Shown: in pieces, positions 47,882 through 62,304 of the stretch
How positions within the stretch are numbered: position 1 is the first letter of the stretch
Layout: each line of letters opens with the position of its first letter
From: Malacoraja senta
Taxonomy: Eukaryota
Direction: 5' to 3'
NCBI GenBank assembly: GCA_038087875.1
Contig: CM075987.1
Location: 25,360,001 to 25,424,000 of the forward strand
Length of the DNA stretch: 64,000 nt
Program-made: the position numbers and the translations under genes
The notes under the pieces: model-generated
What the model was told of the DNA's origin: nothing
The model's input: the letters and a program-made list of their open reading frames with translations, nothing else
Database searches by the model: none

Positions 47882-48381
47882 AGGGCCTGTCCCACGGGCA
47901 TGCGACTCCATGCGGCAAGCGCGACCTAACCGCAAGCGGGGGCCGCGCGGGTGCTGCGTGGAGGTCGAGTGATCCCCGTACAGGGCCGGTCCCACCACCA
48001 TGCGTCTGCATGCGGCAAGCGCTACCAAATCGTAAGCGGGGGCCGCGCGGAGGTCGAGTTGCATCAAGACGGTGCGTACGGCGGCGAGGCGGTGCGCACG
48101 GCTGTCGATGCGGCACGCACGGCCTCGATGCGGCTGCGTCCTGCGGTGCGCACGGCTGTCGATGCGGCGCGCACGGCCTCGATGCGGCTGCGGGCCGGCA
48201 GGCTGTTGCCGCACGGAATTTTTGAACACGGTCAGTTTTCCGGAGCCCCGCGCGATGTCGGGACCAGCTCCATACGGCTCCGGCGATCGAAGTGGGACCG
48301 GCCCCGGGACCTGCGCGCGGCCTCCGCTTGTGGTTAGGTCGCTCTTGCCGCATGGAGTCGCATGCCCGTGGGACAGGCCCT
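47882..48381. mobile_element. PIF/Harbinger-type MITE, family D (CpG-rich)
   Basis: ~50-bp near-perfect TIRs AGGGCCTGTCCCACGGGCATGCGACTCCATGCGGCAAG.., exact TAA TSD (47879-47881 / 48382-48384), internal ~54-bp direct duplication. Confidence 0.94.
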
Positions 48382-48925
48382 TAAGTCTGGAACGTCAAAG
48401 TGAAAATGAACAATCAGACTGTTCTTTCTGTGTGGCTGAAATCATTGACTTGTGACCAACTTCTATCACACAGTTTGATGATTAATATAACTCGGAGTTC
48501 TTTCAAGAGCTCAGCAATACGAAAGAGTACTGCAAGAAATGTGTTGGCCAGTATTATTGTTACATTACAGTCTGTCGGGCAATTTGCTCATTTCTATAAG
48601 TGGCTGGTTAACACCTATTTGAAACCTAAAGAGATTTGCAAAACAACAGATGAATTCATTGACTTTGCACGATTTGAAATTTCATCCTGCATGTGAGTAG
48701 CCCTGGGAGAGGTTAGCGAAACAGAGAAGATTCTCACTTTTAAGCAAAACCAGAGAATTGCTGTTTTCACACCCATTGCGAGCTCGTAAGGTAACGGCAA
48801 ATGATTCCTAACAACATGTCTACTCCATTTGGTTTTAAGAGGTATGTGAATTTAATTTGCTGTGGAAATAGATTTTCTTTTGCTGAAACAGAATTTACGT
48901 CTAGAGTTTCATCGAGTTATTTTTT

Positions 48926-49195
48926 TTAGTTTAGATACAGCATGGAAACAGGCCCCTCGGCCCATTAAGTCCAAGCCGACCAGTGATCCCTACACATTGA
49001 CTATCCTACACATAGCCAATTAACCAACAAGCATGCACGTCTTTGGAGTGTGGGAGGAAACCAGAGATCCAGAAGAAATTCCACGCAGGTCACGGGAAGA
49101 ACGTACAAACTCCGTACAGACAGCACCCGTAGTCAGGATCGAACCTGGGTCTGCTGTTGTAAATCAGCAACTCTACCGCTGCGCCACCATGCCAT
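48926..49195 (-). mobile_element. tRNA-derived V-SINE
   Basis: Reverse-complement A/B boxes and central domain. Confidence 0.85.
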
Positions 49196-50835
49196 CCATT
49201 ATTGCCCTGCTCAAATTCAAATGTCATCAAAATAATATATTAAAACAAAACATAATAAGACAAAATAGACCTTTCAATTACTTTTTTTTGTGAAAAGAGC
49301 TCCTTTGAAATATTTCATTGGGATCTCGATTTGAGAATGATAAAAATCACACTGGGACTAAGGGAATACTATAAATAATAAGGATAGGTCACCAAAGCAT
49401 GACGTGGAAACTGCAAAATAATGGCACAAAGAATGGAGGAATCACCCACAACTGATAGAATGGCTGTTAATTTTCCAACTCTCCAAAGGAATTTTCCAAC
49501 ATTTAAAAAAGGACAGATATAGGAATTTATAAAACCCCTTCAAGACATCAAAAAATGGTTTCAATAAATGTGATAATGATGAAGTCTAGTCTGCCTTTTT
49601 TTTATGGGGATAGACATAAGATGTTGGAATAACTCAGCGGGACTGGCAGTAGCGCTGGATAGAAGGAATGAGTGACGTTTCGGGTCGAGACCCTTCTTCA
49701 GACACTTTTGTCTTTTGTTAATTCATTTACGGGAAGCGGGCATTGCTGAGGCCTTCATTTTACACACATCTCTCATTGCCCACAGAGAAGGCTGCAGAGG
49801 CCAAGTCAACCGCTCTCGACACCATTCTCCTGCCTTCACCCCGTAACTCCTGACACCCATGCCAATCAAGAACCTGTCAATCTCCGCCTTATAAAAAATA
49901 TCATTAACTTGGCCACATCCAAGACACAATATAACTTTATTTATACAAGGAGGGAAATTGTTCCAACTAAACTAAACTAAACTAAACTAAACTAAAGAAA
50001 GGTCTCAACCTGAAACGTCACCCATTCCTTCTCTCCAGAGATGCTGCCTGTCCCGCTGAGTTACTCAAGCATTTTGTATCTATCACCAATGCAAATGGTA
50101 TTGAACAATTAATCTGTTCAAAACCAGGAGAATCCAAGAATTATTGATTCCTGTGGGTTACCCTACAACTGCAGTGTGGACCTAGATTGATGGCAGAATT
50201 TTTTTTTTAAAACCCGAGCCCATTATCTCTGCAGCTGGATTTACAGCAGGCATTAACGGCTCATGTTGACATTCACATCTAAAACCCACTCAGAAGCTGA
50301 CAGCTATCTGATTCCTTTTCACTACTGTGCTTCTCTATAGATTTATCCTCGATTTAATGGATCACTTTCTCCACTTCTCATTCATATCCGTTAAATTTGA
50401 TTTGTTATCATTGATTTTCCCGCACCAATAATCTGCTATTATCGGCCGTCAGTGTGACTGTTTCAAACTCCAGGAAACATGATTTTATTCAATGAAACAG
50501 CTTATTTTTATCCCATACAGATTAAGCCGCACAATCTGTGCCTGCGTCGAGAACTGTGAGTTGAAACAAGAAAATTCAGTTGCAGTTATAATTTTGTTTA
50601 TTGTCACTGGTACTGAGATACAATGTTTACTTATTTACTCTTTATTCATATAAATTCCATGGAAGTGAATTATATTGTGCATCTCAAATGTTGGGGTTAT
50701 GATTTATAAATTCTGTAAGTAGTGATTTGCGTTATCAGAATGGCGACAATACACATTTTCCCGTGATGGTGTTAATGTGCGGGGATTGCTGTTCGGTGCG
50801 GACTTGGTGGGACGAAGGGCCTGTTTACGCGCTAT

Positions 50836-51280
50836 AAACTACAAAAAGTAGTAAACACTGCCCGGCCCATCATCGCCAGACCTCCCTTCCATCGAGGGGA
50901 TCTATCACAGTCGCTGCCTCAAAAAGGCTGGCAGCATCATCAAGGACCCACACCATCCTGGCCACACACTCATCTCCCCGCTACCTTCAGGTAGAAGGTA
51001 CAGGAGCCTGAAGACTGCAATGACCAGGTTCAGGAATAGCTACTTCCCCACAGCCATCAGGCTATTAAACTCGGCTCGGACAAAACACTGAACATTAATA
51101 GCCCATTATCTGTTTATTTGCACTTTATCAGTTCATTTATTCATGTGTGTATATATTTATACAATGGTATATGGACACACTGATCTGTTCTGTATTCATG
51201 CCGTCTATGTTCTGGTGTGCTAAAGCAAAGCAAGAATTTCATTGTCCTATCTGGGACACATGACAATAAACTCTCTTGAA
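50836..51280 (+). mobile_element. Rex1/Babar-clade LINE 3' fragment
   Basis: DLPSIEGIYHSRCLKKAGSIIKDPHHPGHTLISPLPSGRRYRSLKT..RFRNSYFPTAIRLLN, with 3' UTR ending TGACAATAAACTCTCTTGA. Confidence 0.9.
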
Positions 51281-51434
51281 CTGTTGATATCTCGAAGATT
51301 AAAACTAAAGCTGAACAACTAATTCTGGGAACTACATGCCTGCAGAGACTGGAGGTTTGCTAGTCCCCTTGGAACCTCCAACCGCAGCCATCTTCCGGCA
51401 GCCCTAGATGCTACTTTTAGTATCGTTTTTTATA

Positions 51435-51733
51435 GTTTAGAGCGGAAACAGGCCCTTCGGCCCACCGCGTCCGTGCCGACCTGCAATCCCCGCACATTAA
51501 CACTATCCTACACGCACTAGGGACAATTTTACATTCATACCAAGCCAATTAACCTACAAACTTGCATGTCTTTGGAGTGCGGGAGGACACCGGAGATCTC
51601 GGAGAAAACCCACGCTGGTCACGTGGAGAACGCGCAAACTCCGTACAGTCAGCATGTACTCGGGATCGAACCCGGGTCTCTGACACTGCAAGCGCTGTAA
51701 GGCAGCAACTCTACCAATGTGCCACTATGCCAC
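51435..51733 (-). mobile_element. tRNA-derived V-SINE
   Basis: Full SINE in reverse complement. Confidence 0.88.
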
Positions 51734-52032
51734 TTTTGCATACCATGCTGTGCAGCCAGCATCTGCACCCAATTTACTCCGTGTTAGAACAAGAACAAGG
51801 GGCAAGCTTACATTGCCATTTTGAGATGAGTAATTATGGCTTATGTTGTCAATATGTCTGCCGACCACGTATATTAACACTGCAACTCAAATGGGTGAAA
51901 TCCATCTTTAATGGTGAATGATAAAAAATACAGATCACTCTTAAACCGATTACACTCTAAGAGGGCAATGTTGAATGAGATCAGCAATCTTGGTACAGAA
52001 ACACTTACAAATTCCCTACACGAAAGTAGTGT

Positions 52033-52341
52033 TAGTTTAGTTCGGAGATACAGAGTGGTAACAGGCTCTTCGGCCCATCAAATCCGCACCGACCGGCGAT
52101 CCCCGCACATTAACACTACCCTTCACATGCTAGGGACAATTTACATTTGTACCAAGCCAATTAACCAACAAACCTGTACGTCTTTGTAGTGTGGGAGGAA
52201 ACGGAAGATCTCGGAGAAAACCCACGCAGGTCACGGGGAGAACGTACAGACTCCGTACAGACATCACCCGTAGTCGGGATTGAACCTGGGACTCCGGTGC
52301 TGCAAGGGCTGTAACTCTACCACTGCGCCGCCGTGCCGCCC
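52033..52341 (-). mobile_element. tRNA-derived V-SINE
   Basis: Full SINE in reverse complement. Confidence 0.88.
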
Positions 52342-53039
52342 ATGTTGAATGTTGAATAAGGCCAACAAGAGAATCATAGAGTGACATAATGTGGAAACAG
52401 GCCCTTCAGCCCAACTTGCCCAGCTACACTAGTTCCACCATTTGGTCCATATCCCTCCAAACCAACAATCTTGGTGCAGAAGAAGGTTATTAATCTTATC
52501 CGGAAGAAGGGTCTCGACCCGAAACGTCACCCATTCCTTCTCTCCAGGGATGCTGCTGGACCCGCTGAGTTACTCCAGCATTTCATGTCTATCTTTGGCT
52601 TAAACCAGCGTCTGCACTTCCTTCATACATATCTTGGTGCAGAAACGCTTAGAAGTTCCCCATATCTAAAATAGTATTAGACGAGTGTAAAACCTAATTA
52701 TTTAATTGTCAGAGGGTCGTGCCATTGATTTGCAAGGGAAATTAATTTAGTGAATAATTCATCGAGTCTCAAACACTCAGTTTAAAATGTTCCTTGTCCA
52801 TGGCAGACCCTGAAGCAATGTTTAAAGGACTGTGTGTTTTTAATTAATAATGGGACACCGCCAGAAAGTATTTGTTCCCTTGATTAGGCAGATCAAACTT
52901 CAGTGGTTTATGATTGTTTTATTTTTAGAATTTTATGAGTTTTGTGATCTCAGTGTCGGAGACTGGTTGGATTATTAATCTCCTTCAGCGATATAAGGAG
53001 GCAGTTTAATAATCTATGTGGCACCAGAGTACAGAGTTA

Positions 53040-53373
53040 AAGCCCTGTCCCACGGTACCAGTTCATTCCAAGAGCTCTCTCTCCCGAGTTTGCCCTGATT
53101 CGAACTCGGAGATTTACGGTAATGGCCGCTCGTCGGTACTCGGGGCTCTCGTGGACATTTTTCAACATGTTGAAAAACCGTCACGAGTCTTCCCGAGCTT
53201 ACCTGCCGTTAGCGAGTCTTCCCGAGTACCTGCCGTTAGCGTTACGAGCCGCTAAGAGACGTCCCCGAGCTCCGACGTACCCGCTACGTTCATTCTCCGT
53301 TCTTACCACGAGTTAGATTTTTTTTTAACTCGGGAGAGCTCTTGGAATGAACTCGTACAGTGGGACAGGGCCA
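53040..53373. mobile_element. PIF/Harbinger-type MITE, family B
   Basis: AAGCCCTGTCCCAC..GTGGGACAGGGCCA, exact TTA TSD (53037-53039 / 53374-53376), highly similar to 19606-19925. Confidence 0.93.
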
Positions 53374-54419
53374 TTAGCCTGGAATTTGGAGCATAACACA
53401 GACTAGGTGCAGTGTGTGTCGAGATTGAGTTTGAGTTTAGTTTATTGTTTCGTTTACTGTCACGTGTACCGAGGTACAGTGAAAAGCCATTGTTGCCTGC
53501 TGCCCATTCGGGAGAAAGACAATACATGATCACAATCGATCCCGTCCACACAGATGCAAGACATGGGGAATAACGTGAATAACTGAATCCTGCCTTCTCA
53601 TACAGTCGTGCGATAGGAGTAGAATTAGGCCATTCGGCCCATTAAGTCACCTCCGCCATTCAATCATGGCTGATCTATCTCTCCCTCCTAACCCCATTCT
53701 CCTGCCTTCTCCGCATAACCCCTGACACCCGCACTAATCAAAAATCTATCTATCTCTGCCTTAAAGCATATCCATTGACTTTGCCTCCACAGCCTTCTGT
53801 GGCAAAGAATTCCACAGATTCACCATGTTCAGTATGGATGATGGATAAAGAAATATATACGACACAAACACAGTGCATAAACTCTCCCAAGCTGAGGTAC
53901 TGCCCTGCAGGGGTAGGTTGGTGCCATGGAGCTCTCACACGAAGACACTGATCATGTTCTCACTCATGCTTTTTACCTCAAGATGGAAAAATCAAATGCT
54001 AAAGGGCATAGAATCATAGTCTTAGAGTCTTACAGTGTGGAAGCAGGCCCTTCAGCCCAACTCGTCCACGCCGACCAACATGCCCCATCTACACTAGTCC
54101 CACCTACCTGCATTTGGCCCATATCCCTCCAAATATCTCCTATCCATGTACCTGTCCAAATGTTTAGTTTGGTTTAGAGATACAGTGCGGAAAAAAGGCC
54201 CTTCGGCCCAACTCGTCCTCGGCGACTAACATGCCCCATCTACACTAGTCCTACCTGCTTGCATTTGGTCCATATCCCTCCAAATATCTCCTAACCATGT
54301 ACCTGGTTCAAATGTTTCTTAAATGTTGTGTTAAAAGGTGAGGGAGCAAAGTTTAAAGGAATAGTGTGCGGCAAGTTTTTTTTACACAGAGATTAGTGAG
54401 TGGCTGTAACAGTGTAAAG

Positions 54420-54554
54420 TGTCTGAAGAAGGGTTTCGGCCCGAAACGTTGCCTATCTCCTTCGCTCCATAGATGCTGCTGCACCCGCTGAGTTTCTCCA
54501 GCATTTTTGTGTAACCCACGATTTTCCAGCATCTGCAGTTCCTTCTTAAACACA
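54420..54554 (+). mobile_element. Penelope-end unit (second subfamily) with intact hammerhead-like core
   Basis: CTGAAGA-A-GGGTTTCGGCCC-GAAAC-GTT. Same subfamily as 42817-43215. Inserted in a CR1 fragment. Confidence 0.8.
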
Positions 54555-55569
54555 GTGGCTGTCGGGAATGCTGCCGGGAATGATGGTGGTCGTGGCATAT
54601 TTAATAGTGGCATATTTCAGACAGGTACATGGATATACAGGCAATGGAGGGATATGAATTATGTGCAGGCTGAGAGGGATTGGTCTTGGCATCATGTTCG
54701 GCACAGACATTGTGGGCTGTTAGACAATAGGTGCAGGAGTAGGCCATTTGGCCCTATGAGCCAGCACCGCCATTTAATGTGATCATGGCTGATCATCCCC
54801 AATCAGTACCCCGTTCCTGCCTTCTCCCCATATCCCCTGACTCCGCTATCTTCAAGAGCCCTATCTCGCTCTTGTAGTCTTGTGCTGAATAGTTCGATGT
54901 TCTATATTCTATGTTTCCCCCTCTCTGCCAATGGCTCTCATTTCGCATTCTTTGACACATGAAAGAAACAGTTCAGTAAGGGTGGTGTGGACCTGACTCT
55001 GTCTGAAGTAAGAATTACCTGTTTCCAATGGGTTTTCTTGTGAAACAGTGGTCGCCATAGATTGTAAAGCCCCACTGTGAAATGTAATCGAACATTTTGT
55101 AAGGATATAATGTTGGAACTGTTTTCTGAACATGATTTCAAAATCTAAAGGTTATTGCATTGGAATCCTATCAATACCATCCGACCAACAACCAGAGAGC
55201 AGTCCTGAACTCTATCGACCTCATTGGAGTCCCCCAGACTATTTTTGATTGGACTTTACTAGACTTTATCTACCACTACACGTTATTCCCTTCATCATGT
55301 ATCTGTACACTGTCAATGGCTCGATTGGAATCATGTATTGTCTTTCCGCTAACTGGTTAGCACGCAGCAAAAGCAATCCACTGTACTGCGGTACATGTGA
55401 CAATAAACCAAACTCAAACTCAAACTCAATTCAGCCCTGGCCAGGAGATTTGTAAATATATCCAAACGCCTGCAGACCCGACCCTGAGCTTAGAGCCGAG
55501 TCCAGGCTCAAGTTAAAAGAGGTTGTATCTGACTGACCTCCAGTGCATTTCCCATTCAGTCAAGAGATT

Positions 55570-56050
55570 TGGAGTATTGTGAGCAATTATGGGCCCCATC
55601 ACTGAGGGTACAGAGGAGGCTTACGAGAATGATCCCAGGATTGAGTGGGTTAACACATGTTGAGCGTTTGACGGCATTGACCTCATTAATACATAGCGAA
55701 TAGTGAAAGGCCTGGATAGAGTGGATGTGGAGTGGATGTTTCTACTCGTGGGAGAGTCTAGAACCAGAGGGCACAGTCTCTGTTCGTTCCTTTAGGAAGG
55801 GGGTGAGGAGAAATTTCTTTAGTCAGAGGGTGGTGAATCTGTGGAATTCATTGCCACAGAAGGCTGTGGAGGCCAAGTCAATGGATATTTGCTAAGGCAG
55901 AGATAGATAGCTTCTTGATTAGTACGGGTGTCAGAGGTTATGGGGAGAAGGCAGGAGAATGGGGTTAGGAGGGAGAAATAGATCAGCCATGATTGAATGG
56001 CAGAGTAGATGTGATGGGCTGAATGGCCTAATTCTGCCACTCATCACTTA
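55570..56050 (+). mobile_element. CR1-clade LINE 3' fragment (diverged)
   Basis: Homologous to 11850-12390. Confidence 0.85.
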
Positions 56051-56879
56051 AGAGCAGAGATGCATTAAATCCTTTCACACTGCATCTTATCTCCATCTAA
56101 CTAAATTGAAATCCAAACTTGGAAGTGAGTTTACTTTCCATTAAATAAGATTAAGATGACAAGATAGGTATATTTACATTGCCAAACTGGACAAAATTGT
56201 TATAATTTGGGAAGCAGTGTGTGGCATGCGAGGTATTAAAGTGTCTTATGTTTTGAACACTGCTGGGAGAACATTAGAATTTAGCATTCTCTGCAGCCAA
56301 TTCATTCGTGCCACGGGAGTTGCAGTAATATTATCAACTATTATCTCTGCGATGCTGCTGTTTAATAATGAATGCAAAAGCAAATGTCAGCTCAAATGTC
56401 CCCTTGGCTTGGTAACAATGAGAGGTTGGAAAAGGCTTGTCCTTCACACATTCTCCTCACTCACCCTGCACAGAGCAGGAAACTCAAACATAACAAAAAC
56501 AACACACTTCAGTAGAAGGGTCTCGACCCCAAAACCTCACCCATTCCTTCTCTCCAGAGACGCGCTGCCGGTCCCGCTGAGTTACTCCAGCATTTTGTGT
56601 CTATCTGAGTTACTCCAGCATTTTGTGTCTGTCTAACAAAACAACAGCCCCCCCCCCCCCCCCCCTCCACTCCTCCCCTCCCATCCGTGACCTTTGTGTA
56701 AATAGCGGCATGCAGCCTGGCAAGTTAGATGCACAGAAATGCCGAACGCCAATGTTTTGATGAGCAAACGTCCCTTCTGCTGTAAACAATTGCAATGGCC
56801 AGTTACCATAACTTCATACATTCATGGAGCAGAATTAGGCCATTCGGCCCATCAAGCCTACTCCGCCATTCATTCATAA

Positions 56880-57719
<840 letters not shown>

Positions 57720-58589
57720 TTACTGATCCATCCTTCTCTCTCAACCCCATTCTCCTGCCTTCTCCCCATAACCCCTAACACCCGTACTAATCAAAAATCT
57801 GTCAATTCCGCCTTAAAAATATCCATTGACTTGCCCACCACAGCCTCTGTGGTGGTGAATTCCACAGACTCATCACCCTCTGACTAAATAAATCCCTTTC
57901 TAAAGATATGTCCTTTTATTTTGAGGCTATGCCCTCTGGTCCTAAACTCACCCACAAGTGGAAACATCCTCTCCACATCCATTCTATCCAGGGCTTTCAC
58001 TATTCGGTAACATTTAATGAGGTCCCCACCTCATCCTTCTAAATTCCAATGCTGTACGGGTGTCTTTTCCATGTTAGACACCAATGCTCATGTTTAGTGG
58101 AAGTGGGATTTGGCAAGCTAGTCATCGTTTGCGTGGGATTCTTCCAAGATCTCAGACAAACAACACCAAAGGGAGCTGCGACCGGCTTAACATATGTGGT
58201 ACATTCTGGGGAATTTCTTCTAAAGGAATTGTAACTGTTATTTCACTGGAATCATATATAATTGAACCAGTTGTAGGAAGGAATTACAGATGCTGGTTTA
58301 AACCACAAAATGCTGGAGTAATGGGTGATGTTTCAGGTCGAAGAAGGGTCTCGATCTGAAATGTCACCCACTCCTTCTATCCAGAGATCCTGTCTGTCCC
58401 GCTGAGTTACTCCAGCATTTTGTGTCTATAATGTTGACGATACCTAAATCTATCTCACCACCATTGTGGATGCCACTGTGGTGCATCAACGGAGAGGTGC
58501 GTTTCATAGCTTCTGTGACTTGGTTTAAATCCTAATCTCTAGTGCTCTCAATGTGGAGTTTGCAAGTTCTCCCAGCTACCAGACATGTT

Positions 58590-58975
58590 TTAGTTCAGTT
58601 TAGTTGAGAGATACAGCCCAGATAGGCAAGCAAGAATTTCATTGTCCTATCTGGGGCACATGATAATAAAACCCTCTTGACTCTTGACTTGACTCTGGAA
58701 ACATGCCCTTCGGCCCATCGAGTACACACCAGCGATCCCTGTACACTAGTGCTATCCTAAACACTTGGGGCAATTTGCAATTTTTACCGAAGCCAAATTA
58801 ACCTACAAACCTGTACGTCTTTGGAGTGTGGGAGGAAACAAGAGCGCCCGGAGAAAACCCACGCAGGTCACGGGGAGAACGTGCAAACTCCATACAGGCA
58901 GCACCCGTGGTCAGGATCGAACCCGGGTCTCAGGCGCTGTGAGGCAGCAACTCTACCGCTGCACCACCTTGCCAG
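58590..58975 (-). mobile_element. tRNA-derived V-SINE with a short Rex1-type 3' end inserted (about 58625-58695)
   Basis: SINE in reverse complement. The insert matches 51225-51280. Confidence 0.82.
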
Positions 58976-59300
58976 TTTTCCAGCATCCTCCTACATCCCA
59001 AAGACATTTGTTAAACTACATGGTGAATGTGAATGGACCACAGTGTGTTGGTCGATGGTAGAATCCTGGGGTCGTTGGTGAGGTGTTAAAACAGCTTATG
59101 TTATGAACACTGCTGGGAGTGTTCAATGGGATCGTGGGAGAAACAGAATGAATTAGAGTAAAAATAAGTGCTTGCTTGATAGTTGGCTGGTCCAATCTTC
59201 CATGCTATACCTCTCCATGACACCATCTCTGTGACTACTTCAGTGTGTTAACCCTGCACACCAGTATCAGATGAGCAGAAATATCCCTCAACAATTCCTC

Positions 59301-59596
59301 AGCGCAGCGGTAGAGTTGCAGCCTCACAGCGCCAGAGACTCGGGTCCGATCCTGACTACGGTTGCTGTCTGTACAGATTTTGTACGTTCTCCCCATGACC
59401 CGCGTGGGTTTTCTCCAGGTGTTCCGGTTTCCTCCCACATTCCAAAGACGTGCGGGTTTGAAGGTTAATTTGGCTTCAGTAAAAATTGTGAATTGTCCCT
59501 AGCGTACTGTGTATGGGGATCGCTGGTCGGCGTGGACTTGGTGGGCCGAAGGGCCTGTTCCTACGCTGTATCTCCAAACTAAACTAAACCAAACTA
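59301..59596 (+). mobile_element. tRNA-derived V-SINE
   Basis: SINE domains and (CTAAA)n tail. Confidence 0.88.
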
Positions 59597-60390
59597 GATT
59601 TGTACTCCACAGTACAAATGTTACAACATGAATTGAAAAATGATCCCAACATTTTGGTTGCCAATGGTAACAGTGCTTATCTGAAGAAGGGTCCCGACCG
59701 GAAACGTCGCCTATTCATGTCCTTCAGAAATGCGGCTCACCAGTCGATTTACTGCCTCATCCGCTGAGTTTCTCCGGCATTTTTGTCTACCAGTTGATTT
59801 ACTCCAGCACTTTGTGTCATTTTTTTTGTAAACCAGCATCTGCAGTTCCTTGTGTCCACATTAATAGAGCTTGCAGCAGCTCAGAAAGAAAAGTGCGCTC
59901 ATTCTGCCAGGAAGCAAAAGGGCTATTTTCTTAAGCTGCAGATGGCTGTGGAGGCCGTCAATAGATATTTTTAAGGCAGAGAGAGAGAGAGAGATTCTTG
60001 ATTAGTACGGGTGTCAGGGGTCACGGGGAGAAGGCAGGAGAATGGGGTTAGGAGGGAGAGATAGATCAGCTATGATTGAATGCCCTAATTCTGTTCCTAG
60101 AGCTTATGAACTGATGATATCCCCTTTAGGAATAGGTCTTAAATTTCATTAAAATTTAATTTGCAAAAACAAATCAATGATCAAACCAGATAATTGCAAC
60201 TTGCTTGCATGCAAAGTATATGTGGAAATTAACAGCTGTTTCATCTGATATGAAATGGAACCAGAGTAGATAATAAGGGTAAATAAGTAATTAGGTGGTT
60301 GATGCCCCTTGCCCAGTGTTTAAAGTTTAACCACAAGATGGCAGTGTGTAGACACCAAACGAACCAGTGCCAAAGGAAATAGTTACTTCA

Positions 60391-60600
60391 GTGAAGATAG
60401 ACACAAAAAGCTGGAGTAACTCAGCGGGACGGGCAGCGTCTCTGGAGAGAAGGAATAGGTGACGTTTCGGGTCGAGACCCTTCTTCAGACTGTGAGTCAG
60501 GGGAGAGGGAAACGAGAGATATAGACGGTGATGTAGAGAGATATAGAACAGATGAATGAAAGATGCAAAAAGCGACAATGTTAAAGGACACAGGCATTTG
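60391..60600 (-). mobile_element. Penelope-like 3' end with intact hammerhead-like core (60461-60488)
   Basis: Minus strand CTGAAGA-A-GGGTCTCGACCC-GAAAC-GTC. Confidence 0.85.
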
Positions 60601-60674
60601 CTTTATCATCTTTACTTTTTTGCATACATTTGAGATTAGGTTTGAGATTGTATTTGAGAATATGAAACATTAGC

Positions 60675-61253
60675 CAGAGCATTGAGTGTAGAATTTGGGA
60701 GGTCATGTTGCAGTTGTATTTGATGTTGGTGAGGCTGCATTTTGAGTATTGTGTTCAGTTTTGGGCACCATGTTATAGGGAAGATGTCAAACTGTAAAGA
60801 GTGCAGAGAAGATTTAGGAGGATGTTGCCAGGACTCGAGGGACTGAACTATATTGAGGGGTTGAGCAGGCTAGGACTGCATTCCTTGGAGCGCAGAAGAT
60901 TGAGGATTGATCTTATAGAGGCGTACAAAACCATGAGAGGAATAGATCAGATAGACACACAATTTCACTTGCCCAGAGTAGGGGAATCGAGAACCAGAAG
61001 ACATAGATTTAAAGTGAGGAGGAAAAGATTTACTAGGATCTTTTTCACACAGAGGGTGGTGGGTGTATAGAATGAGCTGCTAGAGGTAGTAGTTGAGGCA
61101 GGTACTATTTAAGAAAAATCTAGACAGGTACATAGACAGGTGTGGAGGGATATGGGCCAAATTCAGGCAGGTGTGATCAGTGTAAATGTTGGCCGGTGTG
61201 GGCAAGTTGGGTCGAAGGGCCTGTTTCCGTGCTGTATCACTCTATCACTCTAT
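60675..61253 (+). mobile_element. HER1-like CR1 LINE 3' fragment (shares its 3' end with the SINEs)
   Basis: VQRRFRRMLPGLEGL..SLERRRLR.DLIEAYK..SRTRRHRFKV..FFTQRVVGV, with 3' GAAGGGCCTGTTTCCGTGCTGTAT as in the SINE tails. Confidence 0.88.
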
Positions 61254-61634
61254 AAGCTTGCACACAGATACTCAAAAAGAAAATTGATCGGCTTAGATGT
61301 GAAGTGTGTTTAATGTAATATATTTGCGTTATTACGTCATATATTATGTCAATATACTACATCAATATATTATGTCAAGAGAGAGTTAGATTTAGCTCTT
61401 AGGGCAAACGGAATCGAGGGATATGTAGAGAAAGCAGGAACGGGGTACTGATTTTAGATGATCAGCCATGATCATATTGAATGGCAGTGCTGGCTCGAAG
61501 GGCCAAGTCGTCTACTCCTGCACCTATTGTCCATGTTTCTATGTTAGTGTTCTGCAGATACTGTGGTATTGGCACTAACAGCAACTGTCTTGTTCTGGAG
61601 GCTGTCACCAATGCCATGTTTGTAACAAGTCATG

Positions 61635-62017
61635 TTACAAAATTATAAGAGGACTGGACAAGCTAGATGCAGGAAAAATGTCCCCAATGTCGGGCGAGTC
61701 CAGAACCAGGGGCCTCAGTCTTAGAATAAAGGGGAGGCCATTTAAGACTGAGGTGACAAAATACTTTTTCACCCAGAGAGTTGTGAATTTGTGGAATTCC
61801 CTGCCACAGAGGGCAGTGGAGGACAAGTCACTGGATGGATTTAAGAGAGAGTTAGATAGAGCTCTCGGGGCTAGTGGAATCAAGGGATATGGGGAGAAGG
61901 CAGGCATGGGTTATTGATTGGGGACGATCAGCCATGATCACAATGAATGGCGGTGCTGGCTCGAAGGGCTGAATGGCCTCCTCCTGCACCTATTTCTATG
62001 TTTCCGTGTTTCTATGT
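61635..62017 (+). mobile_element. CR1-clade LINE 3' fragment
   Basis: YKIIRGLDKLDAGKM..SRTRGLSLRIKG..FFTQRVVNLWNSLP..GYGEKAGMGY plus tail. Confidence 0.92.
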
Positions 62018-62304
62018 AATTCACACGTGGTGCGCAGAGGTAGTTCCCCTGCCAGGACAGACAGTGCGGTTCTGGTGGGTGGGCGAGCCTGCCATCTGAT
62101 GGGAAATGTGGGAGAAAAGGCGCATCCTAATGGCTCAGCAAGTTTATCCTTTGAAGAGCAATCGAACAGAAAGAGTAGCGTGGGAAGGACCAGCAGGCGC
62201 TGGTTTACGTCGGAGATAGACACAAAATGCTGGAGTGACTCAGCGGGTTATTCCAGCATTTCCCTCCCAATTCAGCTGGCTCAGGTTTAGGGGGTAGAGT
62301 GGAG

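Noticed and set aside
47717..48455. Multiple overlapping Arg/Ala-rich ORFs (also 40471-41238 and 10009-10471)
   Set aside because: GC-rich MITE interiors depleted of stop codons, bounded by TIRs and TSDs.
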